This document shows, in pieces, positions 28,747 to 36,774 of a stretch of DNA of 64,000 nucleotides (positions are counted from its first letter, which is position 1; each line of letters begins with the position of its first letter). The DNA is from an uncultured Flavobacteriaceae bacterium (GTDB lineage Bacteria; Bacteroidota; Bacteroidia; Flavobacteriales; Flavobacteriaceae). A program made the translations under genes and the position numbers. The stretch lies in NCBI GenBank assembly GCA_963760375.1, contig CAVXCS010000003.1:3590-67589 (forward strand), read 5' to 3'. The notes under the pieces are model-generated. The model searched no databases and was not told the origin of the DNA. It saw only the letters and a list, made by a program, of their open reading frames with translations.

Positions 28747-28773
28747 AAGATGGAACCTGTATGGTTCCATCTT
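28747..28773. terminator. bidirectional intrinsic terminator between convergent porin and sqr genes
   Basis: An 11-bp stem, AAGATGGAACC / GGTTCCATCTT, with a 5-nt loop. It is flanked by an A-run (28741-28748) and T residues. Confidence 0.75.
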
Positions 28774-28800
28774 TCGCATGATAAGGGGGAAAGAAGGGGA

Positions 28801-30063
28801 TTAAACGTCCTGACCTTTCATCATTTTATTCCAGTACAGATAGGGGAGTATATATTTTTTAAGGATCCAAAGCCTCCAATGCTCCTTGGCGCTGTCAAAG
28901 ACCAGCATCTGCTTTAATTTGGGGTCGGGCGTAAAATTGTTTTGATAGTCGAATTCCCCGAGGACCATTTTGCCATAACCGGTGACCAGGGGGCAAGACG
29001 AATACCCGTTGTAAGATTTATTGCTGGCTTCTTGGTGATCCATCAGTTTCATGAGGTTGTCTACCACTACCGGCACTTGCTTTCTGATCGCCGCCCCCGT
29101 TTTGGCCGTGGGCAGTGCCGCAACATCGCCCAACCCAAAAATATTGGTGAAATGGTTGTGCTGCATCGAATGGTGGTCAACATCGAGCCATCCGGCATCA
29201 TTCACCAAAACCGATTCTTTCACAAACTTGGGCGCTGTTTGGGGAGGCGCTAGGTGCAACATGTCGAAAGGGATCTCGATTACGGCCTCCCCGGTCATTT
29301 TTTCTCCCAAGGGATTGTTCTCGGCGATCACACTTTGATTTTCACCCGTTGCCGTGTTTTTGAAGTAGATTATCTTCTTCTCCGCGTCTATTTTAAAGGG
29401 GGCATAAAAGGGTTTGAAATGGATGTCGTAACGTTCGAGGACCTTTGTCAGGGTGGTCTTTATTTCCTTCACGCCGAAAATGACCGATCCCGGGGTGGCA
29501 AAGATGACATTGGTTTTCTTGGCCAGCCCATGTTTTCTGAAATAATCGGCCGCCAAATAGGCAGTTTTCTGAGGCGCGCCCCCACACTTGATGGGTGTGG
29601 TGGGTTGGGTAAATACGGCGTTGCCGCCCTTGAAATTTTTGATGACCTCCCAGGTATGTTTGGGGTCGGTATAATTACTGCATACCACGCCCTTGCCGAT
29701 GGCTTCCGTTAGGCCTTCGATGAGCGAAGTATCCATCACCAGACCTGGGGCGACCACCAAATAATCATAGGTGATCGTGCCGGTTGACTTGGTGGTTACC
29801 GCATTTTTTTTGGGGTCGAAGCCGGTGGCATAGTCCTTGATCCAATTGACCCCTTTGGGCATCACCGAGGCCATGGGCCTGGCGGTTTTATCGTAGTCAT
29901 AAGTGCCTGCGCCCACCAGGGTCCAAGCAGGTTGATAGTAGTGCGTATCGGCCGGCTCAATGATGGCGATGTCCAAACTTTTATTGCGCTTCAGGAGTTG
30001 CGCGGCCGTCATGATGCCCGCGGTTCCCCCGCCTATAATGAGAATTTGATGATGTGCTTTCAT
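28801..30063 (-). CDS. sqr: sulfide:quinone oxidoreductase, type II (SQRDL-like)
   Basis: FAD motif IIGGGTAG. Conserved cysteines lie in PIKCGGAPQK and YSSCPLVTG. 420 aa. Confidence 0.85.
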   Translation of the reverse strand: MKAHHQILIIGGGTAGIMTAAQLLKRNKSLDIAIIEPADTHYYQPAWTLVGAGTYDYDKTARPMASVMPKGVNWIKDYATGFDPKKNAVTTKSTGTITYDYLVVAPGLVMDTSLIEGLTEAIGKGVVCSNYTDPKHTWEVIKNFKGGNAVFTQPTTPIKCGGAPQKTAYLAADYFRKHGLAKKTNVIFATPGSVIFGVKEIKTTLTKVLERYDIHFKPFYAPFKIDAEKKIIYFKNTATGENQSVIAENNPLGEKMTGEAVIEIPFDMLHLAPPQTAPKFVKESVLVNDAGWLDVDHHSMQHNHFTNIFGLGDVAALPTAKTGAAIRKQVPVVVDNLMKLMDHQEASNKSYNGYSSCPLVTGYGKMVLGEFDYQNNFTPDPKLKQMLVFDSAKEHWRLWILKKYILPYLYWNKMMKGQDV

Positions 30064-30106
30064 GGGTTCTTTTGTTATTGTTTGTCGATTGTTTTCTTAA
30101 TGTTTT

Positions 30107-30150
30107 TAAAGTTAAGGAAGCCTTCCTTGATTTTCAGTAACTTAGGTTAC
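30107..30150 (-). promoter_or_regulatory. motif-A operator plus -7 box (promoter of sqr)
   Basis: AGTAACTTAGGTTACA with core at 30137-30150. Minus-strand TAACTTTA at 30114-30107 starts 29.5 bp from the centre. Confidence 0.65.
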
Positions 30151-30182
30151 ACAGCCCATAGTATTTTAAAAAATAGGTGGGG

Positions 30183-30893
30183 TCAGGATTCTAAAAGAAG
30201 CTTTCCGCTTTGGTCTGAGAGGATAAAGTCAGCGGCCATTTTGGCGTGTAATCGGGTAGTGGCCAGTAGGGGCAGGGCTCCCTCTTCGGGCCCTATCAGC
30301 AGTGGAAGTTCCGTACAGCCCAAAATAATGCCATCGGCACCCTTTTCCTTAAGCGATCGTATCTGTTCCAAAAAGAAGGTTTTGGCCTCGGGGGTAAACT
30401 TTCCTTGGGTCAGTTCGTTGGAAACATATTGATGGCAGGTATCGATATATTCGGCTTCCGGTATAATCGTCTCGATGCCATGGTTTTTTTTGAGCTGGGT
30501 CTGGATAAAACCTTTGGTCATGGTGGGCCTGTTCCCCAAAAGCCCCAGTCTTTTGAGTCCCAAACGGGCGGCCTCGCGCCCTGTTGCGTCAGCGATGTGC
30601 AGGATGGGAATTTTGATTTTGGGTTGCACAAAATCATAGACCATATGTGGGGTATTGGCACAGATAACGATGGCCCGTGCCCCGGCATTTTGCAATATTG
30701 TGGCCACCTCCAGGTAGGTGTCGTTGATTTTCTTTACCTCCTGCGCCCGCATCAATTCAATGTTCAGGCTGAAAAGTATCAGGGGCGGGTTGCCCTGCGG
30801 CCCAATGGTTTCGCCTACCATCTCGTTGATCATTCTATAATAAACGATGGTGGAATGCCACGACGTGCCGCCAATAAGTCCGATTAGCCTCAA
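30183..30893 (-). CDS. aspartate/glutamate racemase family protein
   Basis: IGLIGGTSWHSTIVYY and GADGIILGCTELPLL motifs. The apparent start is TTG. Confidence 0.8.
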   Translation of the reverse strand: MRLIGLIGGTSWHSTIVYYRMINEMVGETIGPQGNPPLILFSLNIELMRAQEVKKINDTYLEVATILQNAGARAIVICANTPHMVYDFVQPKIKIPILHIADATGREAARLGLKRLGLLGNRPTMTKGFIQTQLKKNHGIETIIPEAEYIDTCHQYVSNELTQGKFTPEAKTFFLEQIRSLKEKGADGIILGCTELPLLIGPEEGALPLLATTRLHAKMAADFILSDQSGKLLLES

Positions 30894-30918
30894 ATCCTTT
30901 TCATTTTAGAGGGGCTCA

Positions 30919-31917
30919 TTAAGGGTTGTTTTCATCGAAGACGATGCTCCAAATGCCCCTGACCTGGTTCACATCATACCCTACGGCCAGGTCTTTTGGG
31001 TAAAGTTTCTTCAAGGTGGCCATGGTGGCCGGTGCGATTTGTTCATCAGGGGTTCCATGACATTGCAGGCACATGGCGTTGGTGGTGATGGGGTAATAAA
31101 AATGCACCTCCCCTTCGACGGTATTTACAATAGGTTCGACTTCCCCGCCCGTTGCCAAGGCCTTTTTAAAAGAATCGATGTAGCCCAATTCTTCCGAACT
31201 GGCCTTATTCTTGGGATTTCTTGGTTTATCCGATACCCTTTTGATGACCGCATTGTTCATTATCGACACACTGTCGGTTAGTCCGGTAGCCTCGTTATGG
31301 CAGAAACCAATGGCCCCTACCGTACCTTTTTCCTGAACGGCCTTCATCAAATTTGAGCCCAATTGGCTTTTCGCGGCCGATGCATAATCGAGCCCCATCT
31401 TGGTATACCGGGCCTGGGCCCTTTTTGCGGCCATACCCATGCCCTTGTTTTTTCCTTTTTGCTTCCCGTATTGCTCTTGGTAGCGGCCGTCGTACCAAGT
31501 GGGTTTCTCAATGTCATAATCATAAAGGTACGCGGCAACCTGGGCAAGGGCATCTTCCGGATAGGGCATATAGGGCATGGTGCCAAATTGTTTATGGGCA
31601 CCGGGCATTTTGGTTTCTTGTTCAGGATCGTTCATCCATCGGATGAGGTCTTCCGTAAACGTTTCCTTGGTGGTATTCGAATCGATATAATGACGTTTGA
31701 TGGCCACCATGGGCGGTGCGATCATCGCCTCTTGGGAGGCTTTGGGATTATGGCATTGATAACATTCCGTTTCCAAGACCCTTTTGCCGGGATGCGTATC
31801 TTTATCCTGTACCGTTTCTTGCCAGGCATCGGATACGATGGGTACCGGATCCGATTTCGTGTTTTCCCTACAATTGACGAGGACCAAAAAAACAAGCAGC
31901 GATGCGATACGTTTCAT
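30919..31917 (-). CDS. c-type cytochrome / DUF3365-like lipoprotein
   Basis: Lipobox LVLVNC. Haem motifs CYQCH and CLQCH. Start moved to the ATG at 31917. Confidence 0.65.
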   Translation of the reverse strand: MKRIASLLVFLVLVNCRENTKSDPVPIVSDAWQETVQDKDTHPGKRVLETECYQCHNPKASQEAMIAPPMVAIKRHYIDSNTTKETFTEDLIRWMNDPEQETKMPGAHKQFGTMPYMPYPEDALAQVAAYLYDYDIEKPTWYDGRYQEQYGKQKGKNKGMGMAAKRAQARYTKMGLDYASAAKSQLGSNLMKAVQEKGTVGAIGFCHNEATGLTDSVSIMNNAVIKRVSDKPRNPKNKASSEELGYIDSFKKALATGGEVEPIVNTVEGEVHFYYPITTNAMCLQCHGTPDEQIAPATMATLKKLYPKDLAVGYDVNQVRGIWSIVFDENNP

Positions 31918-32020
31918 AATTTCCAGATTTTGATAGGGTACCATGACCGAGGTATCGACATAGGATTACCCCAGTGTTCTCCAAACCCTTTGAAGTCGGT
32001 TCATCGGCAAAGGTGAAAAA

Positions 32021-32392
32021 TTACATTCGCCCTGCCAAAGCCGATTCGTTGTTCCATCTTTGGTAACCGCCTTTCAGGTCATAAATTTCTGAAAATCCCA
32101 TCGCCAACAATCTCTTTGCTGCATTTTTGCTCCGAGATCCCGATCGGCAATAGAGGTAAACCGGTTTGTTCTTGTTCAATTTCTCAAAGGATTTATTAAA
32201 ATTCGCCCCATCGAAAAAATCGATGTTGAGGGCATTTTTGATATGGCCACTGCGATACTCACGGGCCGTGCGCACATCCACGAGTTGCACTTTTTTCCCG
32301 GAAACCGCGGTAGCATAGGCCATGGGGTCCAATATTTTGATTTTATCCGACGGTGCTTGTTTTGTTCCGAATAAGTTACTGAAAAACGACAT
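32021..32392 (-). CDS. rhodanese-domain sulfurtransferase
   Basis: Active-site loop YCRSGSRS. Start moved to the ATG at 32392 (MSFFSNLFG). Confidence 0.8.
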   Translation of the reverse strand: MSFFSNLFGTKQAPSDKIKILDPMAYATAVSGKKVQLVDVRTAREYRSGHIKNALNIDFFDGANFNKSFEKLNKNKPVYLYCRSGSRSKNAAKRLLAMGFSEIYDLKGGYQRWNNESALAGRM

Positions 32393-32528
32393 ATAATCCT
32401 GTATTGAGGTTCTTTGGCGGTAATGAAAGGGAAACGGCACCTATTACGATAACCGTTTCCCTAAACAACCAACCTAACAAAACCAATTTATTTTACAAAT
32501 TTTTTTGGTGTAAATCCGTGCTTGCGCC

Positions 32529-33944
32529 CTATAGCATGGTAGTAGGCTCCACATATTTCGATTTTTTGATATCTGTTTTCTTCAACGCGTCGAACCCGCC
32601 GATCACATCCACAAAATCTTCCCAGCCTCTTTGCTTGAGGATCGATGCGGCAACCATGCTGCGATATCCCCCTGCACAATGCAATACGAAAGGTTTGTCT
32701 TTCGGGAATTGCGATAAATGCTGGTTGATCTCATTCAAGGGAACGTTGATGGCACCGATGACGTGCTCCGAATCGAACTCGCTCTTTTTTCTAACGTCAA
32801 TGACCAAAACGTCATTGGTTCTGTATTTCTTTCCAAAAGCCTCGGGCGTGATCCTATCCACGTTTTCAAAGGGTTTCTTGGCTTTTTTCCAGCTTTCGAA
32901 ACCGCCCTCTAAAAATCCTACGGTTCGGTCGTAACCCACCCTCGATAAACGGGTGATGGCCTCTTCCTCCTTGCCCGGATAAGTGATCAAAAGGATGGGC
33001 TGTTTCACATCGGGGATCATTTCCCCTACCCATTGGGCGAAACTGCCCTCGAGCCCGATGTTGACACTGTTGGGGACAAAGCCTTTGGCAAAGTCCTCGG
33101 CATCCCGGGTATCCAACATCAACGCATCGGTTTCATTGGCGACCGCTTCGAATGCCTCGGGCGATAAAGGTTTTTCGCCACGCTCCATAACCGTATCGAG
33201 ACTTTCGTAACCCTTGATGTTCATCAGCACATTCTGCGGAAAATATCCCGGAGGTGCGGTCAAACCGGTCAAAAGTTCTTTGATGAACTCTTCTTTGGTC
33301 ATATCTGGTCTGAGGGCATAGTTCGTTTTCTTTTGATGGCCCAGGGTATCGGAGGTTTCCTTGCTCATTTTCTTGCCACAGGCAGATCCTGCACCATGGT
33401 TGGGATATACGATAAGGTCGTCGGACAAGGGCATTATTTTGTTTCTCAGGGAATCGTACAAGTACCCGGCCAATTTTTCCTCGGTAAGTTCCGACACCAC
33501 GTGTTGTGCCAAATCGGGTCTTCCCACATCCCCAATAAATAGGGTATCCCCGGTAATGATGCCATGTTCTTTCCCGTTTTCATCGATCAACAGGTAAGTG
33601 GTGCTTTCCATGGTGTGTCCCGGTGTATGCAATACCTTGACCTTATAGTCGCCCACTTTGAAAATTTGGTTGTCTTTTGCGACCAAAGCTTCATATCCGG
33701 GCTTCGCGGTAGGCCCGAATACGATTTGGGCTCCCGTTTTTTTCTGCAGGTCGAGATGGCCACTGACAAAGTCGGCATGAAAATGGGTTTCAAAAACATA
33801 AGTTATCTTGGCCTTATCTTTCTTGGCCCTATCGATATAGGGCTGTACCTCACGTAGGGGGTCAAATATGGCAGCTTCTCCCTTGCTTTCCAAATAATAG
33901 GCCGCGTGGGCCAAACATCCGGTGTATATCTGTTCTATCTTCAT
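32529..33944 (-). CDS. MBL-fold persulfide-dioxygenase-like protein fused to two rhodanese domains
   Basis: The metallo-beta-lactamase motif ETHFHADFVSGH is followed by rhodanese modules. The last has the active-site loop HCAGGYRS. Confidence 0.85.
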   Translation of the reverse strand: MKIEQIYTGCLAHAAYYLESKGEAAIFDPLREVQPYIDRAKKDKAKITYVFETHFHADFVSGHLDLQKKTGAQIVFGPTAKPGYEALVAKDNQIFKVGDYKVKVLHTPGHTMESTTYLLIDENGKEHGIITGDTLFIGDVGRPDLAQHVVSELTEEKLAGYLYDSLRNKIMPLSDDLIVYPNHGAGSACGKKMSKETSDTLGHQKKTNYALRPDMTKEEFIKELLTGLTAPPGYFPQNVLMNIKGYESLDTVMERGEKPLSPEAFEAVANETDALMLDTRDAEDFAKGFVPNSVNIGLEGSFAQWVGEMIPDVKQPILLITYPGKEEEAITRLSRVGYDRTVGFLEGGFESWKKAKKPFENVDRITPEAFGKKYRTNDVLVIDVRKKSEFDSEHVIGAINVPLNEINQHLSQFPKDKPFVLHCAGGYRSMVAASILKQRGWEDFVDVIGGFDALKKTDIKKSKYVEPTTML

Positions 33945-33970
33945 TTTATTATAATTTTTGATTTATAGGT

Positions 33971-34014
33971 TAAATGTAAGGACGGTTAAAAACCTGTACA
34001 GTAACATTGGTTAC
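33971..34014 (-). promoter_or_regulatory. motif-A operator plus -7 box (promoter of PDO-rhodanese operon)
   Basis: AGTAACATTGGTTACA with core at 34001-34014. Minus-strand TACATTTA at 33978-33971 starts 29.5 bp from the centre. Confidence 0.65.
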
Positions 34015-34067
34015 AAAACTCGAAGTTTATCATGGTCAAGCGCATGATGAAGATCAGTTTTTCGAAT

Positions 34068-34868
34068 TTAGAATAGTTCTTTGAACAAAATGTAAATCCC
34101 CATGAGCAACACGAACCATCCAAAAGATTTTTTAAGCCGGTTGCCATCGATAAACTTGTTGAGCCAAACGCCCAAGAATATGCCTACCACCGAGAGGGCC
34201 GTAAATCGAAACAGAAACGCCCAGTCGATGTCGAGGTTTTCCACATCACCTATAAAACCGATCAAAGACTTTATCGCGATGATCAGCAGGGAAGTGGCGA
34301 CCGCTTTTTTCATGGGTAGTTTGGCCAACATCACAAGGGCGGGAATGATCAGGAAACCGCCCCCTGCGCCCACGATACCGGTTATGACCCCAACCACAAA
34401 TCCTTCGAGAACGATCAAGGGAAAATTGTATTCGACCACGGCATTATCGTCATCACAGTTTTTGCACTTGCCCTTGATCATTGAATAGGAGGCCAAGAGC
34501 ATGATCAGGGCAAAGAACACCATGATGCCGATATCCTTGGTCACCAAAAACCCGCCTACCGTAAACAGTTCGTCGGGTATGGCGGGCACCATGTATTTTC
34601 TGGTGGCATACACGGCGATAAATGCGGGAATGGCAAAGACGATGGCCGTCTTAAAGTCGACCAATCCCTTTCTGATATTTTGAATCGCCCCGACCAGCGA
34701 GGAGACCCCCACTACGAACAGGGAATAGGCCGTGGCCACGACAGGGTTGAGGTATAATAGGTAAACAAAAACGGGAACCGTAAGAATAGATCCTCCACCA
34801 CCGATCAAGCCCAATACTACCCCAATCAGCAAGGCCCCGACATAGCCCAAAATTTCCAAGAATTCCAT
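34068..34868 (-). CDS. TauE/SafE-family sulfite/anion exporter
   Basis: 266-aa polytopic protein with duplicated GGGGS/GAGGGF motifs (LIGGGGSILTVP, IVGAGGGFLIIP). Confidence 0.85.
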   Translation of the reverse strand: MEFLEILGYVGALLIGVVLGLIGGGGSILTVPVFVYLLYLNPVVATAYSLFVVGVSSLVGAIQNIRKGLVDFKTAIVFAIPAFIAVYATRKYMVPAIPDELFTVGGFLVTKDIGIMVFFALIMLLASYSMIKGKCKNCDDDNAVVEYNFPLIVLEGFVVGVITGIVGAGGGFLIIPALVMLAKLPMKKAVATSLLIIAIKSLIGFIGDVENLDIDWAFLFRFTALSVVGIFLGVWLNKFIDGNRLKKSFGWFVLLMGIYILFKELF

Positions 34869-34887
34869 AAGTGGTTTTATTTTGGGT

Positions 34888-34931
34888 CAAATGTACGGGG
34901 CTTGGAAAGCAACGGCAGTAACCTATGTTAC
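34888..34931 (-). promoter_or_regulatory. motif-A operator plus -7 box (promoter of tauE-like gene)
   Basis: AGTAACCTATGTTACA with core at 34918-34931. Minus-strand perfect TACATTTG at 34895-34888 starts 29.5 bp from the centre. Confidence 0.7.
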
Positions 34932-34938
34932 AGAGCGA

Positions 34939-35571
34939 TCAAAGATCCAGGATGGTGATGTGGTTTCGGTTGAGCGCTATCTTGCCCATATTTTCCAGTT
35001 TTTTGAGCAAACGGGATATGACCACACGTGAGGTGTGCAGTTCGTAAGCGATTTCTTGATGGGTACTGTGGATGATGTGGTCTTTGTTGACCTTGGCCTT
35101 TTTGCCTAGGTATTTCAATAAGCGTTCGTCCATTTTCAGGAACGCGATACTGTCGACCGTTTCCAGCATTTCATTAAGGCGGTTATGGTAGCTCTGCAGC
35201 ACAAAGTTGCGCCAAGTTTTATAGTTGGTCAACCATTCCTCCATTTTTTGAACGGGCACCATGATCAATGTAACATCGGTCTCGGCAATGGCCCTTATTT
35301 CACTTTTGGTATGCCCCAGGCAACAGGTAAGGGTCATGGCGCAGGTATCGCCATTCTCGAGGAAATAGAGCAGTAATTCGTCCCCTTGGTCATCTTCGCG
35401 TAGAATTTTGATCACGCCCGATAACAGCAGCGGCATCGATTTGATGTACTCCCCGATTTCCATCAAGGTATCCCCCTCAGGAATTTCCTTAAAGAGGCCA
35501 ATATGGCTGATTTCCTCCAACAATGCTCCCTCGAACAAGCTTCCATAACGTTCGGTCAGTTCTTTGATCAT
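34939..35571 (-). CDS. Crp/Fnr-family transcriptional regulator (Crp3)
   Basis: A cNMP-type beta-roll plus a C-terminal HTH (STHQEIAYELHTSRVVISRLLKKLENMG). A Cys-X5-Cys-Cys motif in the roll (GDTCAMTLTCCLG) is encoded at 35320-35343. Confidence 0.85.
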   Translation of the reverse strand: MIKELTERYGSLFEGALLEEISHIGLFKEIPEGDTLMEIGEYIKSMPLLLSGVIKILREDDQGDELLLYFLENGDTCAMTLTCCLGHTKSEIRAIAETDVTLIMVPVQKMEEWLTNYKTWRNFVLQSYHNRLNEMLETVDSIAFLKMDERLLKYLGKKAKVNKDHIIHSTHQEIAYELHTSRVVISRLLKKLENMGKIALNRNHITILDL

Positions 35572-35574
35572 GGT

Positions 35575-36660
35575 TTAGGTGCCTGAGGTCTTCAAAAGGA
35601 TAAATTCGCTGATGTTCACCATATCGATGGCACCCAACAATTTATTGCCGGAGGTGACCGGGATAAAACTGTGTTTTTCCTTTCCGATCAATTCCATCAC
35701 TTTGACGATCTCGGTAGTGGCATCGACGGTCTTAAAATTTTTCTGCATGATTTCGAGAACCGATAGGGCGGGGTTGCCCGCATTTTTGATGATATCTTTT
35801 TGAAATACCAAACCCACGATTTGATCGTTTTGGACCACCACAAAATCTTTCTCGGTACCGGCCAACAGTATATCCACCACTTCCTGCACGGTGTTTTCAG
35901 GGGCAAGCAGGGTAATATGGGTCAACATGGCCTCCCTTGCCAAATGGCCCTCCAAGATGGAGGCCTGTTTCACCATTTGGTTTTCCCCATAGGCGCCGAA
36001 AAAGATAAAAAAGGCAATGAGCACTAAAAAAGGATTGAACAGGAGACCCAAGACAAAGAAAATCAAGGCCATGGCCTGGCCCAAGGTAGCCGCTACCGCG
36101 GTGGCCTTGACCCGACCCAGATTGTACGATAGCAGTGCCCGCAGCACCCGACCGCCATCCATGGGAAAGGCTGGGATCATGTTGAAGACCACCAACATCA
36201 CATTGGCGATGAACAAATAAAATAAAAAGTTACTCAAGCTGGGTTGAAACAACATCTCGTCGATCACCACATTGTCAAAATTAAAATAGCTCCGTAGCGG
36301 GATGACCAATGACAGCAAGATGGCAATGATCACATTCACGGCCGGCCCCGCCAATGCTACCAATAGTTCTTGGCCGGGTTTATCGGGCATCTTTTCCAGG
36401 GAGGCCACGCCTCCGATGGGCAATAGCGTTATTTTTTGCGTTTTGATATCGAATCTTTTCGCGGTGAGGGCATGACCCAACTCATGCAGTACCACACAGA
36501 CGAAGAGGACCAAGATCAGGGCCATGTTAAAAAATGCGGTCTGTGGGGTACCACCGCGCTGTATATCCAAAAAAACCACCCATATCAATAATAAGGTAAA
36601 AGTCCAATGGACCTCGATCTTGATTCCAGAAACACTGCCCAGTCTTAATACGCCTTTCAT
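35575..36660 (-). CDS. M50 (site-2 protease family) zinc metalloprotease with C-terminal CBS pair
   Basis: HELGH zinc motif in a polytopic N-terminal part. The C-terminal ~130 aa have a CBS-pair pattern. Its stop is 3 nt before the Crp3 start. Confidence 0.85.
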   Translation of the reverse strand: MKGVLRLGSVSGIKIEVHWTFTLLLIWVVFLDIQRGGTPQTAFFNMALILVLFVCVVLHELGHALTAKRFDIKTQKITLLPIGGVASLEKMPDKPGQELLVALAGPAVNVIIAILLSLVIPLRSYFNFDNVVIDEMLFQPSLSNFLFYLFIANVMLVVFNMIPAFPMDGGRVLRALLSYNLGRVKATAVAATLGQAMALIFFVLGLLFNPFLVLIAFFIFFGAYGENQMVKQASILEGHLAREAMLTHITLLAPENTVQEVVDILLAGTEKDFVVVQNDQIVGLVFQKDIIKNAGNPALSVLEIMQKNFKTVDATTEIVKVMELIGKEKHSFIPVTSGNKLLGAIDMVNISEFILLKTSGT

Positions 36661-36678
36661 AATATTTATTCTTGGTTA

Positions 36679-36752
36679 CGAAAATACCTTTGAACGGCAG
36701 GTACAACAATGATAATTATCATATGAATGGCCAAGGCTTACCGCTATTTTTG
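36679..36752. promoter_or_regulatory. motif-B operator with -7 boxes on both sides (divergent promoters: pfkB and M50-CBS/Crp3)
   Basis: AATGATAATTATCATA with core at 36710-36721. Plus-strand perfect TATTTTTG lies at 36745-36752 and minus-strand TATTTTCG at 36686-36679. Both start 29.5 bp from the centre. Confidence 0.65.
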
Positions 36753-36774
36753 GGACAGGAATAAATAGAACCCC

